Below are positions 13,141 to 25,892 of a stretch of 64,000 nt of DNA, one piece after another. The position numbers and the translations under genes are program-made. Location: the NCBI GenBank assembly GCA_000182565.2, contig KQ257450.1. One strand, written 5' to 3'. Position 1 is the first letter of the stretch; each line of letters starts with the position of its first letter. Source of the DNA: Spizellomyces punctatus DAOM BR117 (Eukaryota). Below the pieces are notes generated by a model. It saw nothing but the letters and a program-made list of their open reading frames with translations. It was not told the DNA's origin and did not search any database.

Positions 13141-14678
13141 ATGCCGTTGGACGATAAATATGTCGGCCTGATACTGGCCCTGTCCTCTAGCGTCTTGATT
13201 GGAACAAGTTTCATTATAACGAAATTGGGATTATTGGACGCTGCGCGGACACATGGCGGTGAGCGGACCAGCCTGAATTTTAGGGAGGAGGAGAATGGGA
13301 CGCTGGAGATACTGATATACTTTGATGATTAGGAAATGCTGGAGACAGTTACAGCTACCTGCAGAATTACAAATGGTGGGCGGGGATGGTGACAAGTGAG
13401 TCTTATTTATTGTGCTGTAGGGACTCGTTGAAACTAGCATGACTGAGGGACATGTTTGAAATCCGCAGTGGTATTGGGTGAGATTGCCAATTTTGCCGCA
13501 TACACATATGCACCCGCCATTTTGGTAACGCCTTTGGGTGCGGGAAGTGTGGTTGTCAGGTACCGGCTAGCACTGGTTTTTGCCCATTTTTGAAGCAGAG
13601 GTTCACACCATGGCATGTTTCTAGTGCGATTTTGGCATCGTTCTTCCTACAGGAAGAATTAGGGATGGAGGGGAAGGTCGGTGCTGCCTTGTGCATCATT
13701 GGTTCCGTCGTCATCATCCTTCATGCGCCTGAAGAGAAGCACGTTGAGACTGTGGATGAGATTTTGAATTACGCCTTGCAACCTGGTGAGTCCAGTACAT
13801 ATGCTTTCGGCTACTCCGAGGCACTATCTCATTCTTTTTGTTCAAAAGGCTTCCTTATCTACTGTCTACTCGTCTCAGGCGTGTCAATATACCTCATCTA
13901 CAAAGTGGCACCAAAGTGGGGTAAAAAGAGCATGATCGTTTACATCTCCATATGCTCCCTAGTCGGATCAATCTCCGTCATGGCCTGTAAAGGATTTGGT
14001 ATCGCTATGCGATTGACCTTGTCTGGGCAGAATCAGCTGATTTATCCGTCCACATATGTTTTTGGATTGACGGTCGTGGGATGTGCAATGGTTCAGATGA
14101 ATTACTTCAATAAGGCATTGGATCTGTTCTCAACAAATAGGTATGTAATTGTGATCTGTCGCAACGGCTTCGATATGCGGCTCGCTAAATGTATTTTACG
14201 GGGATTTTCTAGAGTAACACCAAGTACGTGCCATCGGTTTAGACTTCGATCTTTATTGCATCCTAACCCAGTTGGTTTTCCAAGTTTATTATGTGTTCTT
14301 TAGCACAGCAACCATCATAGCATCTGTGCTACTTTTCAAGGGCTTTAATGACACCAGCGGTGTAAGTCATGACATGTTTCATAATGTTTATAATAACCTT
14401 ATTTACCGGGATTCGCTTATCTCCAGCGGGACGTTGTATCCATGTTTGCGGGTTTCCTCACCATCTTTGTCGGAGTCTTCCAGCTCAACTCACACAAATC
14501 ACCCGCCGCCCATGGATCGCCAGACAAGTTTACCAATGCCAGCCGACGAAATTCCTTGTCAGCTGGAGGAGTAGCGACATCGTTGGTCAATGAGGCACAT
14601 TTGCTCAAGACCTTTGATGAAGAGTCTGCGCCTTTGAGGGAAATTGATTCTGTGGGGGATGGGGATGATTCGGATTGA
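13141..14678 (+). CDS. NIPA-family magnesium transporter (multi-exon)
   Basis: GLILALSSSVLIGTSFIITK, WWAGM, GEIANFAAYTYAPAILVTPLGA, VYISICSLVGSISV, QMNYFNKALDLFST. Confidence 0.92.
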
Positions 14679-14981
14679 AGAATACATGTAGGGGATAGAG
14701 AAGCGTTTCGAACATTAGGATATTGCGACTTTGCCCGTAGGGCGTGGCTGGGAGGTTTCATGACAACATGCACCGCTTCGCCCTAGACAGCAACTTTTGT
14801 TCGAGGGCCCATCGTTTTTGGACACCTCATTTCTTTCTTTTTTTCTTGTACATTTGCTAATTCGAGAGTATGATTGTTCACGCATGGGCGTTTAAGCTGG
14901 TAGTTTGTATCATTGTGCAATAACACCATCGCATCTTTCCTTGTTATTATGTTGTGCATGAGATACAGGAGCAATATTCTA

Positions 14982-16001
14982 TTATTCCTGGCTCTTAACT
15001 TTCTTTCGCTTCTTTTCGCTCGATTTTGGAGCTTTTCGGGACTCGGCGATTTGCCCTTCTCCTTCCTGCTTTCGCTTCTTTCCCGTCGACGGTGTGGTTT
15101 TACTGGAAGCCTTTTTGTTTTTCGGAGTTGATGCTGGTGGCGACTGATTTGTAGTCCCGCGTTTGGATTTGGCGGGGAATCGGGCATCGAGATTGTACCG
15201 CTCCAGTGACAGTTCCAAAGCTTTTCCCGCTGCAAATGCAGCAGTGTGAGCATGCTGTTTAAGATTGTCATCTACTCGTCAAAGTACGCACCAGTATCGA
15301 AACCAAAGGGCAACGATTGTAATGTCAGTCCTTCAGGATGTTGAGGCCTCTCATATGCCTCCTCCTTGGCTTCACGACCCTTTTCTTGCAAAGCCGCTTG
15401 GGTAGGCGCCAAATCCGCGACCGGTGTCACACTAAAGAACCTGGTACACGAGGTCTTACTCAGTGCGTACCGATTCAAACGTTTGCTTGGCAAAAGAGGC
15501 TTCAGTTCCAGCATTTCGCCTGGTTCGCCGTATGTGTTTGGTGTTGTGATGTCATGGATGGCATACTCCTCTTCACTGGATTGTGGGGTGGTAGTAGTGG
15601 GAAGGGTGAGATGAGCTACGGGTGTGGGTTCTGTTGCGAATGATGATGGAGTTGGTATTGTGGGATCTCGCAGAATGAGACCTTTGAGTTTGGTGACTGG
15701 AACCTGTAATGCAACTCTGTTAACATACAATCTCTAATGTCCATTACAAAGTCTTTTTAGTCCTTGGCTTGGTCGCACTTACTTCATTAGGCACTCTAAA
15801 CAACCAGATCTCCTTATCGCTTGTGATGCTATCAAAGTCGAAAGCGGATGTGTAGGTCAAGGGCTCGGGTAGGAAGCCTTTTGGAGGTTGGTACTCGAGT
15901 TCGAGATCTTCGTCATTGTACCGGTTTGTCTCGGGTGAGCTTTCCTCGTCGGAAGAGTGGACAGTGTCCGCGCTGAGTGCTTCTGTGCGAGCTTTGGCCA
16001 T
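14982..16001 (-). CDS. RPA34: RNA polymerase I subunit RPA34-like (multi-exon)
   Basis: FDFDSITSDKEIWLFRVP, RPQHPEGLTLQSLPFG, and a Lys-rich C-terminal tail. Confidence 0.7.
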
Positions 16002-16221
16002 AACAGAGGTTGGTGAACTGGCAAATCCCGCGATATCGTGAGCGCTTTTCCTGCTCGTTTGCTGATCTGAGCTCAAAAGCCAAAAATAAATATGATTCGA
16101 TTGCGGATATACCGAATGGAGCCACTTCGAATGTATGGCACAGCTATCCATGAGCAAGATCACCAACGTTGAAGTATGTGCAAGATCACACTTTCCACCA
16201 TTCCCATCCTACTTGTCTAAA

Positions 16222-17690
16222 ATGGACCAAGAAACTGCAAACGCCTTATTTGATAAAGGGGCGGTCCTCCTTTTTCTGGACGCTCCGCAAAACATGGAAT
16301 TTGGCGTAGACTGCTACTCCTGGACAACCGGTCCAAAGTTCAAGGGCCTAAAGCTCATTCCGCCCGGAATACATTTTGTGTACTATAGTGCGCTAAGTCG
16401 ACATGGGGAGGGCTCAGTGCGGACAGGCTTTTTTAAGACGTTTGCCGAGCGTGAGGTTAGTTTTGCTCAACGTGAATAGATGTGGCGTTCATCCTTCATG
16501 CATGTGTTCAGAACTTTTGTGATGCCTAGGTAGTTGTGAAGCGCTGGAACCCCTCGGCAGAGGATCTTTACGCAGATGATGAAATAGATCAAGAAGATGC
16601 GGAGCGATACAGATCAAGTACGTGTAAAGAAGGTTTAAAAATGTTGCGCGAGCTTTTTTCTAAATTTCCTCTGCGTCCACCAGACGTACGCGACTTTGAT
16701 CGATTCCTTGGTGTTTACCCGCTCCTTCCCGTCGACAACGATCCCGTCAGTCCATATCAAAAGTGGCTAAGACTCACGACTCATATCACCCCTCAACTCA
16801 TCGATAGAATTCTCCCACCGTCAAGGAAGATTAGCGCAATGACGACTGTGTCTCGATTTTCAGATGTGGATGATGTTCGACAATGTAAACCATCCGGGGA
16901 GGTGGTGATGAACGAGGACCAATCAGAGCATGATGCAAATACCGTAGCCGCGCAGGGAGGGGAAGATGTGATTCGAGGCGAGCGCGTGGAAGTACTAAGA
17001 CTGAACTTCACGCCCATCGATCTGAAGCGTTCCTTTCCATCCGGTGCATCTGGTGGCGATGTTACAAAGTACAGTATGGATAAAAGTTACCTCCTTCGTC
17101 AACTGCTACAAAATCAGTACAAAGGTATGCTAGTCATTAGAATGCCAAACATTGAGGCGTGACCGCTACTGATATCACCCCGAAATAAGATTATAAAGAA
17201 CTTTTAGGAGAACTGCAGCTTGCATTTATCATATTCCTCCTCGGAGAGGTCTACGACGGTTATGAACAGTGGAAAACTTTTATCCATCTGCTTTGTCAAT
17301 CTGACGAAGCGATTGATGACAATGGCAGCACACTCTTTTATGAATTCATAGGTAAGCTCAATAGGCCAGTCCATTTACCTAGCCAATTATTCACACACCA
17401 AGTTACTTTCATTAGGCATCTTCCACGCCCAACTGGAATCCCATCCAACAGATTTTTTCTACGACGCACTTTCAGCAGACAATTTTATCCGATCCAATAT
17501 CCTCATATTTGTACGAATGCTTCAAGATCGTGCAGGACGAGGTGTGCCAAAGACTTTACAGAGCGCTGTCGACACTTTGGTCGATTTTGTCGAGTCGAGA
17601 TTCAAGTGGGACATTCGGCATGATGTACGGGTGCTTGGGGAGGAGGAAGAAGAGGAAGGAGAATTTGCTCCTGTTGTCGTTGAGATGTAG
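16222..17690 (+). CDS. AAR2: U5 snRNP assembly factor AAR2 (multi-exon)
   Basis: EFGVDCYSWTTGPKFKGLKLIPPGIHFVYYS, VTKYSMDKSYLL, ELLGELQLAFI, C-terminal EEEGEFAPVVVEM*. Confidence 0.92.
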
Positions 17691-18049
17691 CCAGAATTCC
17701 TTAACATTAGCATTAACTTTGTACATAGTTTGCATGAGTGGATATCGTTAGCATAATGTGCATAATTGAAACTGAGGACCCATTATGAGTCTGCTGTGTT
17801 AGGTCTCGCATATATGACACTGTACACTAGAGAGGCAAAACTGAATCGTAAATTGAGGTTAGCAACAGGTCGCAGCACAATGGCCGGAACTCTGAATGTG
17901 GAATGTAATGCATTCTTCAGCTGTAAGCAATCCCCAGACATGCTTTGCGATGGCTGACACTCTTACAATGGTGAGCTACCGAGGCCATTCATAAATGTAA
18001 CATGTGATATCCTATTCACCACCAAGTCCGCCATCCCATCTCTAACTGT

Positions 18050-21000
18050 TCACATACTTCGTTGAACATACGTTTGGGGAAATACACCAGACTTGCTTCC
18101 ATCCACACTCTGCCCATACGCCCACCCATTTCCATAATCCCATTTGACCACTTTGAATGTCTCCCCAGCCGTCATACTTAACTGGCCTTCTCCACCGCTG
18201 GCATAATCCGAGAGAGCTGTTACGATTGTGCCGGGAGGGATACCAGGGGCTGGGGGGAGGATGGGCGCTGCGGGGATCGTTGAGGCTGTTGTTTTATGGT
18301 AGCTTAGATCATAGTAATATGTAACAAAAAAGTAGCAAACCCCAACTCACGAGTTGAGTCCGTGATCGGCTCTTCTTTAGTGGCAGCTTGTTCTTCCTTC
18401 TTGGCGGCAACAGCTGCGGAGACAACGTCGGCTACACGCACGCTCGTTTTGCGCTGAACGAGCGGTTGTGTGGTAGCTGTTTCCAAATCAGAGGCGAGGC
18501 TTTAACATTCAAAATCCTCAATTAACAGTCATTTCAACACTCACTTGCGGCCTTTTCAAGGTTCTTCCATCTATCTCGAACACTTGCTGCGGGTGCAGGG
18601 TTCGCATCTTTATCTGCCAAATCGGGACTCCACATCAACTCAGGTCTAACAGGCAAATTTCAATTGTGCTGTTCAAGTACCTTCTTCTGGTTTCTTTCCA
18701 AGGGCTCCAATTGATGAAGCATTTACGGTTGCTGAGAGCCAGGGGTTAGCCAAAGCCATTTGACAACATTGGAGACAGGAACTCACAGCGACTCTTCAAT
18801 GCTGAGCGAAGCTGTGACTGGAAATCCACTGCAGGTTCCGCTTTTGGGCGAACAGGTTCATTCTTCTGTTCTCCCTCCGTTGTGGCTGGAAAAGAAAGTG
18901 TGTTATTGAGTCAGCTTATTGCCGCCTGGTACCCACAACAAGAAAGCAGTGCATTACATTTATCCCCCCTTTTTTTCAGCGTCATCTTGAGCTGGTCCTG
19001 GAATGAAATTGGCCCCCCAGCAGGTGCAGCAGGGGCAGGTGCCGCTTCAGCTTGCGCGGCATCAACCGGCTTACGCAAGGTTCCCCGGTTTTTGACAGCA
19101 AGTGCTAATTGTTCTTGAAGGGACAGACCTTCTCCAGGTGTGGGAGTAAGCGGTGAGGATGGTTCTTGATTGATTGAAAATGAGCAACTGCGTAATCGAC
19201 CAATAGAGTGACATTAACAAGCACATACCTGACGGAGCTGTACTTCGTAAGGCTTTGTTTTTGAGCGCATTTGCAAGCTGCGATTGTAGATCATTGCCGC
19301 CACCTGAAAGAACAGACGCTGTAAGAAACCAACATACTTTTATGGAATGCTTGAACCCGACATTTACCTGAAGCTGGAGGTGGAGGAGCTGGCGGCCCTG
19401 GTGGAGGAGGGGGCGGTGGTCCTCCCGCTCCAGGTGGTGGCGGAGGAGGAGGTCCACCAAATGCCGCTGGCGGTGGTGGTGGAGGGGGCGGACCGCCTGC
19501 TGTCGGGGCAGAAGACACGGCAGGAAAACTTCCACCTGCAGGTGGAGGTGCAGGTGGAGGAGGTCCCCCTGTTGAAATCAGAGGAGGGGGAGGCGCTTGT
19601 GGACCTCCACTCGCCATGGGTGGGGGAGGAGGGGCTGGTGGGCCCCCACTTGTCATTGGCGGAGGAGGAGGAGGCGCTTGCGGACCTCCACTCACCATTG
19701 GAGGAGGAGGGGGGGCTGGTGGGCCTCCACTCGCCATTGGCGGAGGAGGAGGGGCTGGTGGGCCCCCACTAGTCACTGACGGCGGAGGTGGGGGTGCAGG
19801 AACTGATGCTGCTGTGGGTGATAGTACAGCGGGCGGACCAGGAGGAGGCGGCGGAATGTCAACGTAGAGCACTGTCGGCTCCGTGGTCACCTGAGGTGCC
19901 GGAGGAGGTGTAGGCACGATGACAGCCGCGGCAGGGACGGGCTGTATTGGAGCCGGGGGAGGACTTGCAGGACTCACAGTAGCAACATTTTGTTGAGGAG
20001 CCGTCGAGATGGGCTCTTTCGTCGGTGTTGGAGTCGCAGCTGGCGGCGGGGACGGTGTCGCGAGCGCTGCTGCAGGTGGTGCTGGTGCTTCCTTTGGCGC
20101 TACGGATGCCACTGCTGGTGTCACGGTAGGTCCTCTCACCGATACGGCAGGCGATGCAGTCGATGACGATCTCACATCTGCAAAAACACGCAAACGCAAT
20201 GCGTATTCAGCATTCATGTGGGAGATTCTGAGATTTGATCGAAATACTCACCTTGTCCAGCTGCAATATCCGATGAAGACCCTTTTTTATCTAGGCTACT
20301 AGCACTGGCCGTATTATTCAGTATGCCAAAGATTTCACCTCGCACCGACTTTTTCCCACTACCGTCATAGGCCACTCTTGTCAACGACGCCACGGAGCCT
20401 GCCTTGGATGTATTCTTCACTTCAGGCTCCTCTATAGCCTGTCTAAAAGCCCCAATAACTCCAGACCTCATGGCCACGGTCGTGTCGGCCCGCGAGAGCG
20501 AGGCAGCCGCGGCCGCCCCCAAACTCATTTTGGAGGGAGCGTAAACCATTGTAACAGAATACCGTGAAGCACGGCTAGACCCAGACTCAGGTATCACACC
20601 AACGTGGTCGTAAGCGTTAAGATCCAATTGGAGAGCTGGTTGGGCTGGAAGCTTGGGCAGGCCAGCTGAATTGCATTCAAAGTTAGTCCTTCAGAATGTG
20701 CTATTATCCACACACCAAGCAATTACCATCAATCTTTACAATCTTCTTGCTCTTCCTGTAAACTTTTTCCATGGGTTGTCCCAAGGATCGTCGTTCCAAA
20801 TCTTCAAAAGCGAATTTCAATCTCTGATCGATTGCCTCGGTCTCAAGCCCAACTTTATCCACCCTCCTGGCCTGCAATTCAAGGAATCCTTTCAGCTTTT
20901 CGGCTGCCGTATAGAGTTGATATGCCAGAGCTGAGACCCCTTGTACAGCGTATCCTTTAGTCTGTCCATACGTCTCAGCGAACCTCGCGCGATCGTGTGT

Positions 21001-21207
21001 AATGGCATCTGGTCCATGGTACAAGTTTTCTGTATGTGCGACAATTTCGTGCAAGTTTTCATATGACCGAAGAAATGCCTCTAGAGAATCTGGGAGGATA
21101 TGCTGCATGTACTCGTTAGTTGGTGACAGTGGTGCTGGCTCAGTGGGTTCCGCTGCCGTGGTGTCAACCGCTGGAGGGACTACTGAAAGTGACTCTGTGC
21201 TGGCCAT
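18050..21207 (-). CDS. Abi (Abl-interactor)-like WAVE-complex subunit with polyproline tract, WH2-like repeats and C-terminal SH3 (multi-exon; ends approximate)
   Basis: N-terminus LPDSLEAFLRSYENLHEIVAHTENLY...TKGYAVQGVSALAYQL...FLELQ matches the Abi N-terminal helical domain. SH3 reads VTALSDYASGGEGQLSMTAGETFKVVKWDYGNGWAYG..SGVFPQTYV. Confidence 0.78.
19380..19860 (-). repeat. Coding tandem repeats (~36-39 bp) encoding SGGPPAPPPPPM-type polyproline units
   Basis: Repeated GGAGGAGGGGCTGGTGGGCC units; see translation of ORF 19291-20217. Confidence 0.85.
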
Positions 21208-21440
21208 GGCAGTTTGATAAGCCACTGGTCTTGGCTGTGCGAGCTCCCTCTTCAAGATACAATTGATGCTTTAAAAGTCTCAAAAAAAGAATGATGGATT
21301 GAGGTTTCAAAGCCGGAAGAAATACGAACTTCCATCCATGCAAAACACCAAGAATAAAGCTTGCTGATTCTGCTGAGATAATCACGCGCGTAATTCCGCA
21401 ACCAGTCCCAACTAGCCAGCCAAAAATACAAAAACGTTGG

Positions 21441-22305
21441 ATGATGTCCCAACTCCGTCCCCCACCACAAACATTTTCTCGATCTCGAACTCCAGAACCT
21501 CATAGCCAGGGGTTTGCACGGAGGCGACCATCTGTTGCTCCCCGGGCGAGCGTCACCAGTAAAGCTAGCAGAGATGTAACTGTCGTGAACTTTAACGAGA
21601 AGCCTCGGGTGAAGGCTAGTAAGCGGCCGGGTGGACAAGACGTGGAAACAAAAGATGGGAAAAAGTTTCATTTAACGGATGAAGAATATGAGTACTATAA
21701 AGAGGTTGGAGCATAATGATGCTGACCGTTATCATGCAGCTGAAAGTAGCGCCGAACGGGGGTTTTTAGGCCTTCAATCTATTTGATCGGGATGGAAGCG
21801 GTGCAATTGATCTTGAGGAACTGGGAGCGGTCATGTTGAGCATCGGACTACAACCCACACAGGAGGAGCTGTTGAACATGATTGAGAAAGTCGACGAAGG
21901 TACGTTTATAATTCAATGTAGCAGTACCGAGGCACGTTTTTCTGACATTAGGTTGTTCCTTTCAAGATCATACCGGAACGGGTACGGAAATCGTCTTCGA
22001 TTAGATAATCTCCCATACTTAACCTTTCCCGCCAAATAGTGGAATTCGACGAATTCCTCCAAATGTCTCACGAATGGATGATCCAAGGTCGCCTTGAGAC
22101 CACCGATCAAATTCGCGAGGCCTTTGACCTCATGGATATGGATGGTAATGGATATATATCCGCCGCAGATTTGGCACGTGTGCTGGAAGGATTGAACGAG
22201 GACAAGTCTGATGAGGAAATGCTGGATATGATTAAAGAGTTTGATTTAGATGGTGACGGGCAAGTCGGATTTGATGAGTTTATGGCATTAATCACCGAAA
22301 AGTAA
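21441..22305 (+). CDS. Calmodulin-like four-EF-hand protein with basic N-terminal extension (multi-exon)
   Basis: YKE/AFNLFDRDGSGAIDLEELGAVM, KVDE/DHTGT/VEFDEFL, IREAFDLMDMDGNGYISAADL, FDLDGDGQVGFDEF. Confidence 0.88.
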
Positions 22306-22563
22306 AGAATTAGTAGCGTCCTTATCTTGCTGCAAAGATGTTGTATAAGCTCTCATAGTTTATTACCTGCAGACCTCTGCCCATCCAATTCACTTTCCAC
22401 TAGACTTGCACCAGCAGTTATGTGCTATTAATAGCGACATGCCGCATTTCGACCATGAAAGTTGGTCCCGATATAACTAGCACAGCGCGCTGAGTCATTT
22501 ACTCTTTTACATTTACTCTTTTTCTATATCACTCCTCGAATAATCCTTTCAATAATTTGACGT

Positions 22564-23532
22564 ATGGATACACTACCTACGGAACTCGTCACTGACGTCC
22601 TCATCTATCTCGCTATCCCAGTCCTCTGGCGTCTCCGCCGAGTCTCACGAGCATGGAAGGAAAGTACAGAAATTGCACTTGCAACCCGTTTGCGAACGCT
22701 TTACGGCATCGACCCGTCCAGCGCTCGCCCGAAACCATTGGACACCCTTATCATCCTTGACACTGCCATTCTCCTCACAAGTGGAACACATCCCGCCTCA
22801 AATCACAGAATCACTTATCCAGTGTTTGGAAGACCGGTCGTAAGTTGCAACAGCATGGAATTAGCGGTTCGATCAGTGGACCTTGACCGCAAATGTGTGG
22901 AGTTGATCCCAGTTGAGTCACCTGTGGTGAACCTAGTCCGTGATGTTGCACTGGGGAGATACGAATGGTGTGCAAAAGGTGCTGTACGATCCGGGGGTAA
23001 AGAAAGGACGTCCAGTCAAGATGTGGTGATCCAGTCTCATCCTTTCACACTCGTCGCACCCGACATGGACCTCCGAAACGAGATACAAGACAATTCCAAT
23101 CCATCCGCCACTTCAACCTTGTCAAATTACGAATTCCAGCTCATCTATTCTGCAATCGACACAACGGCCGAGTCGATAGCATCGTCCGTCACCACCTTAT
23201 CACTTCGCATTCATTCCCTTATAATTTCCTACACATATCTCTTTTACCTCCTTTCTCCTCATCCACCAGATCCAGCAACTCGAATATCCATCTTCCCACC
23301 AGACCGTGTCAGACTCCTCCAAAACGCATCTGCAATGGCAGGACTGACGTGGCATCACAAGTATTACACATTCGACATTGTGCTGCACTGGTTGGCATCG
23401 GAAGATGGGTCGGAAGCCGACGTGGATCCCGTTGCTGTCGTAGAGTATTTAATGGAGTATGAGAAAGTGATGGAGAATAGGCGGCAGAGAGTTGTGAAAA
23501 ATCGGGGGAGGTTTTTAAGAGTCCCGTCGTGA
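22564..23532 (+). CDS. F-box domain protein
   Basis: Intronless 322-aa ORF; N-terminal MDTLPTELVTDVLIYL...LRRVSRAWK is an F-box motif. Confidence 0.75.
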   Translation: MDTLPTELVTDVLIYLAIPVLWRLRRVSRAWKESTEIALATRLRTLYGIDPSSARPKPLDTLIILDTAILLTSGTHPASNHRITYPVFGRPVVSCNSMELAVRSVDLDRKCVELIPVESPVVNLVRDVALGRYEWCAKGAVRSGGKERTSSQDVVIQSHPFTLVAPDMDLRNEIQDNSNPSATSTLSNYEFQLIYSAIDTTAESIASSVTTLSLRIHSLIISYTYLFYLLSPHPPDPATRISIFPPDRVRLLQNASAMAGLTWHHKYYTFDIVLHWLASEDGSEADVDPVAVVEYLMEYEKVMENRRQRVVKNRGRFLRVPS

Positions 23533-25004
23533 TGTAGAGTGTAGAGTGCAGGTAGGGCTTTGTAATTTATAGTGCCGTTGTATATAGTTTTCAAGTAGGT
23601 AGTGATTTAAATAGATGGTGGGAAAGGAACTGTTGGATTGAATAGTTCATGCTAGAGGCCACAAAATCATATTGGATAGATGCTCTCTTACTCATCCAAA
23701 CACCGTACTTACACATACGCACGGTGTCCCTACAGCAAACCTGAGGTGCAGGAAGACCAAGTGCAATTGTGGTCAACCTGAGGGTGCTCGAGCCCAAGAT
23801 CCACAAGGTGATCGACAGTAGGTAGTTTGCAATGGTGCAAAACTCCATATGTAACATGCAATCCAGAAGGAAATCATGCCCTACTCGTACCTACTGTTAC
23901 TACAAAGTGGTTACTCGAAACTTTGCCCTTCCCAGATCTTGCACTACGTAAGAAGCAAAGTGTTCTGGTATTTCCACAAGGGGTTGGGAGAATAATTCTA
24001 CTTTCGGCAGCGTTAGCTTGAAGCATTGCATTGGGTCGAGACTCAGTTCTATGTTGCATGTTGCTTCCTTTTACAATAACAAATGCGGGCCTCGAAAATT
24101 GGGTACTTTAGATCTGCACCTAAATACAAATACTTTCCAAAGGGTTTCCCGTTGCCATCCCAAACGACTAACGTTCACATTTCCCATCTCATGGGACCAG
24201 ATCTGGGCCTGGAGCCTCAGAGAACAGCCAACACTAACACGAATTAACAGAACCGATTCTCGCGCAAATGGCCGTAGTTACAAAAAAGCAAAACCCAATG
24301 CTGGGATGGCTATTACGAAATCGTACGGCGTAATTCAGCACATTATCAACTCCATAAATTCTACAACTAGATCCAACGGGGCTCGTCCAAATCTAAAGCG
24401 ACAGTAAAATATTGCAGAGGAGGCCGAGAGACCTACTGCCGTGATGCCCACTGCAGCTCTAAACGAATAATTGAATAAAATCAACCAAAAGAGGCTGGCC
24501 TTTGACATGGGATGGCAAACGAGGAGAGATGAAATGGCCACCAAAGCTGACCTTATAATAGTACGTTGAGCTGAACGACATTTGATCTCTTTAAGGCATA
24601 AGTTGGAGTTTAATGCCTAATTGATCAAATGATATCTGGACTTTTGGAAAGCATATGGCTGCGGTTGACGATGCCAAGGGGATGTAGGACTCAAAAGGTG
24701 ACAGTCCAATCATTGTGCGAACCAATCACTGTTCAGCTATTTAACTCCTCGTTTAAGGTGTCGCTCAATATTGAAGGTAAATAATTTGATTAACATAGAT
24801 ATTCTCAACTGAGAACAGGATAATTGCCAGTGTAGGTTAGCAAACTATGGAAAATCCAGACAAGGATGGTGACGAGGATTAAAGGTCTCGCCACGAACAG
24901 GGTTCGCTTGAAATTGAGAGTAGCAAAGATCAATAACAATGGTCAGCTTCAGTCAACCAACTCGATATCGGCTGTTGATTTATTATACAGCATTCGAGTA
25001 CGAC

Positions 25005-25892
25005 CTATCGCCTCCCAGATCTTGATTTCTTCATACTTTTGACCAATTCCGCCTGCCTCTCGTCTGTCCGATTCAAAAACGCAACCTTTTCGAGGTACCC
25101 ATCTTTTCTGTGGTGCTCCAAAGAATGGGCATCTCCCGCTTCTTCCACATGTCGCTTCCAATCCATTTTGCTTTTTTCGAGGACCGTGAGTCGTGCAGCG
25201 TCTGCCAGGCCGTATTTAGCCGCCAGAGCTAGAAGATTGGATTTTCGTCGACGGGGGGCGTTGCGGCTGGGTTGCGTGGGCTCGGGGAGGGTTGAATCTG
25301 GTGTTGCGGTGGTGGATGATTGTTGCTGTTGTTGCTGATGATGCGGATTTGGCTGATTTGGCGGCGGGATTTGGGAGGATTTAATGGTCTCGTCAGGTTT
25401 TTGAGCAGGTGCTTCTATCACGCTAACAAGTAATGCTTTGCCTTCGTCTTTCACCTGCGTATGAACCGCAATTAATACACTGCTGGTTGGTATCTGGATA
25501 CCATACGCATTTGCACCTTTCTGCCACCACCAGACGCGTTCATTTCAGCCCATAACGCTTCGATACGGCTCCTCCTCTCAGCCAACTTGCCGTTCGACTG
25601 CTGATCAAGCTCGTCGTCGGCAACACCTATTGGTTACTCCATTATCAGCTCCGTTGTATCCCGCCCTGTACATGAGCCTACACCCTCATACTTACGTACT
25701 TTCGGTGCCTCGGGCCCGTTTTGCCTCCCTTAACGTGTCCTTGCCACGCCGTTTCCCGGCCACATTGAACGCCGCCTCTTCTTCGGAAGAACTCTCGGCT
25801 TCTGATTCTGAGGCATCTGCTTCTTGCGTAGGGATAAAGTCTTCGTCGTCCGAATCGGAGGAAAGATCTTGAGCTGTGATTGTGGTCGCCAT
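25005..25892 (-). CDS. SWC5: SWR1-complex subunit Swc5/CFDP1 (BCNT-C domain; multi-exon)
   Basis: Acidic N-terminus SSDSDDEDFIP, RIEALWAEM, and C-terminal LTVLEKSKMDW...KDGYLEKVAFLNRTDERQ. Confidence 0.88.

Noticed and set aside
19347-19867. Plus-strand Gly-rich and Glu/Val-rich ORFs
   Set aside because: Antisense shadows of the polyproline coding repeats of the Abi-like gene.
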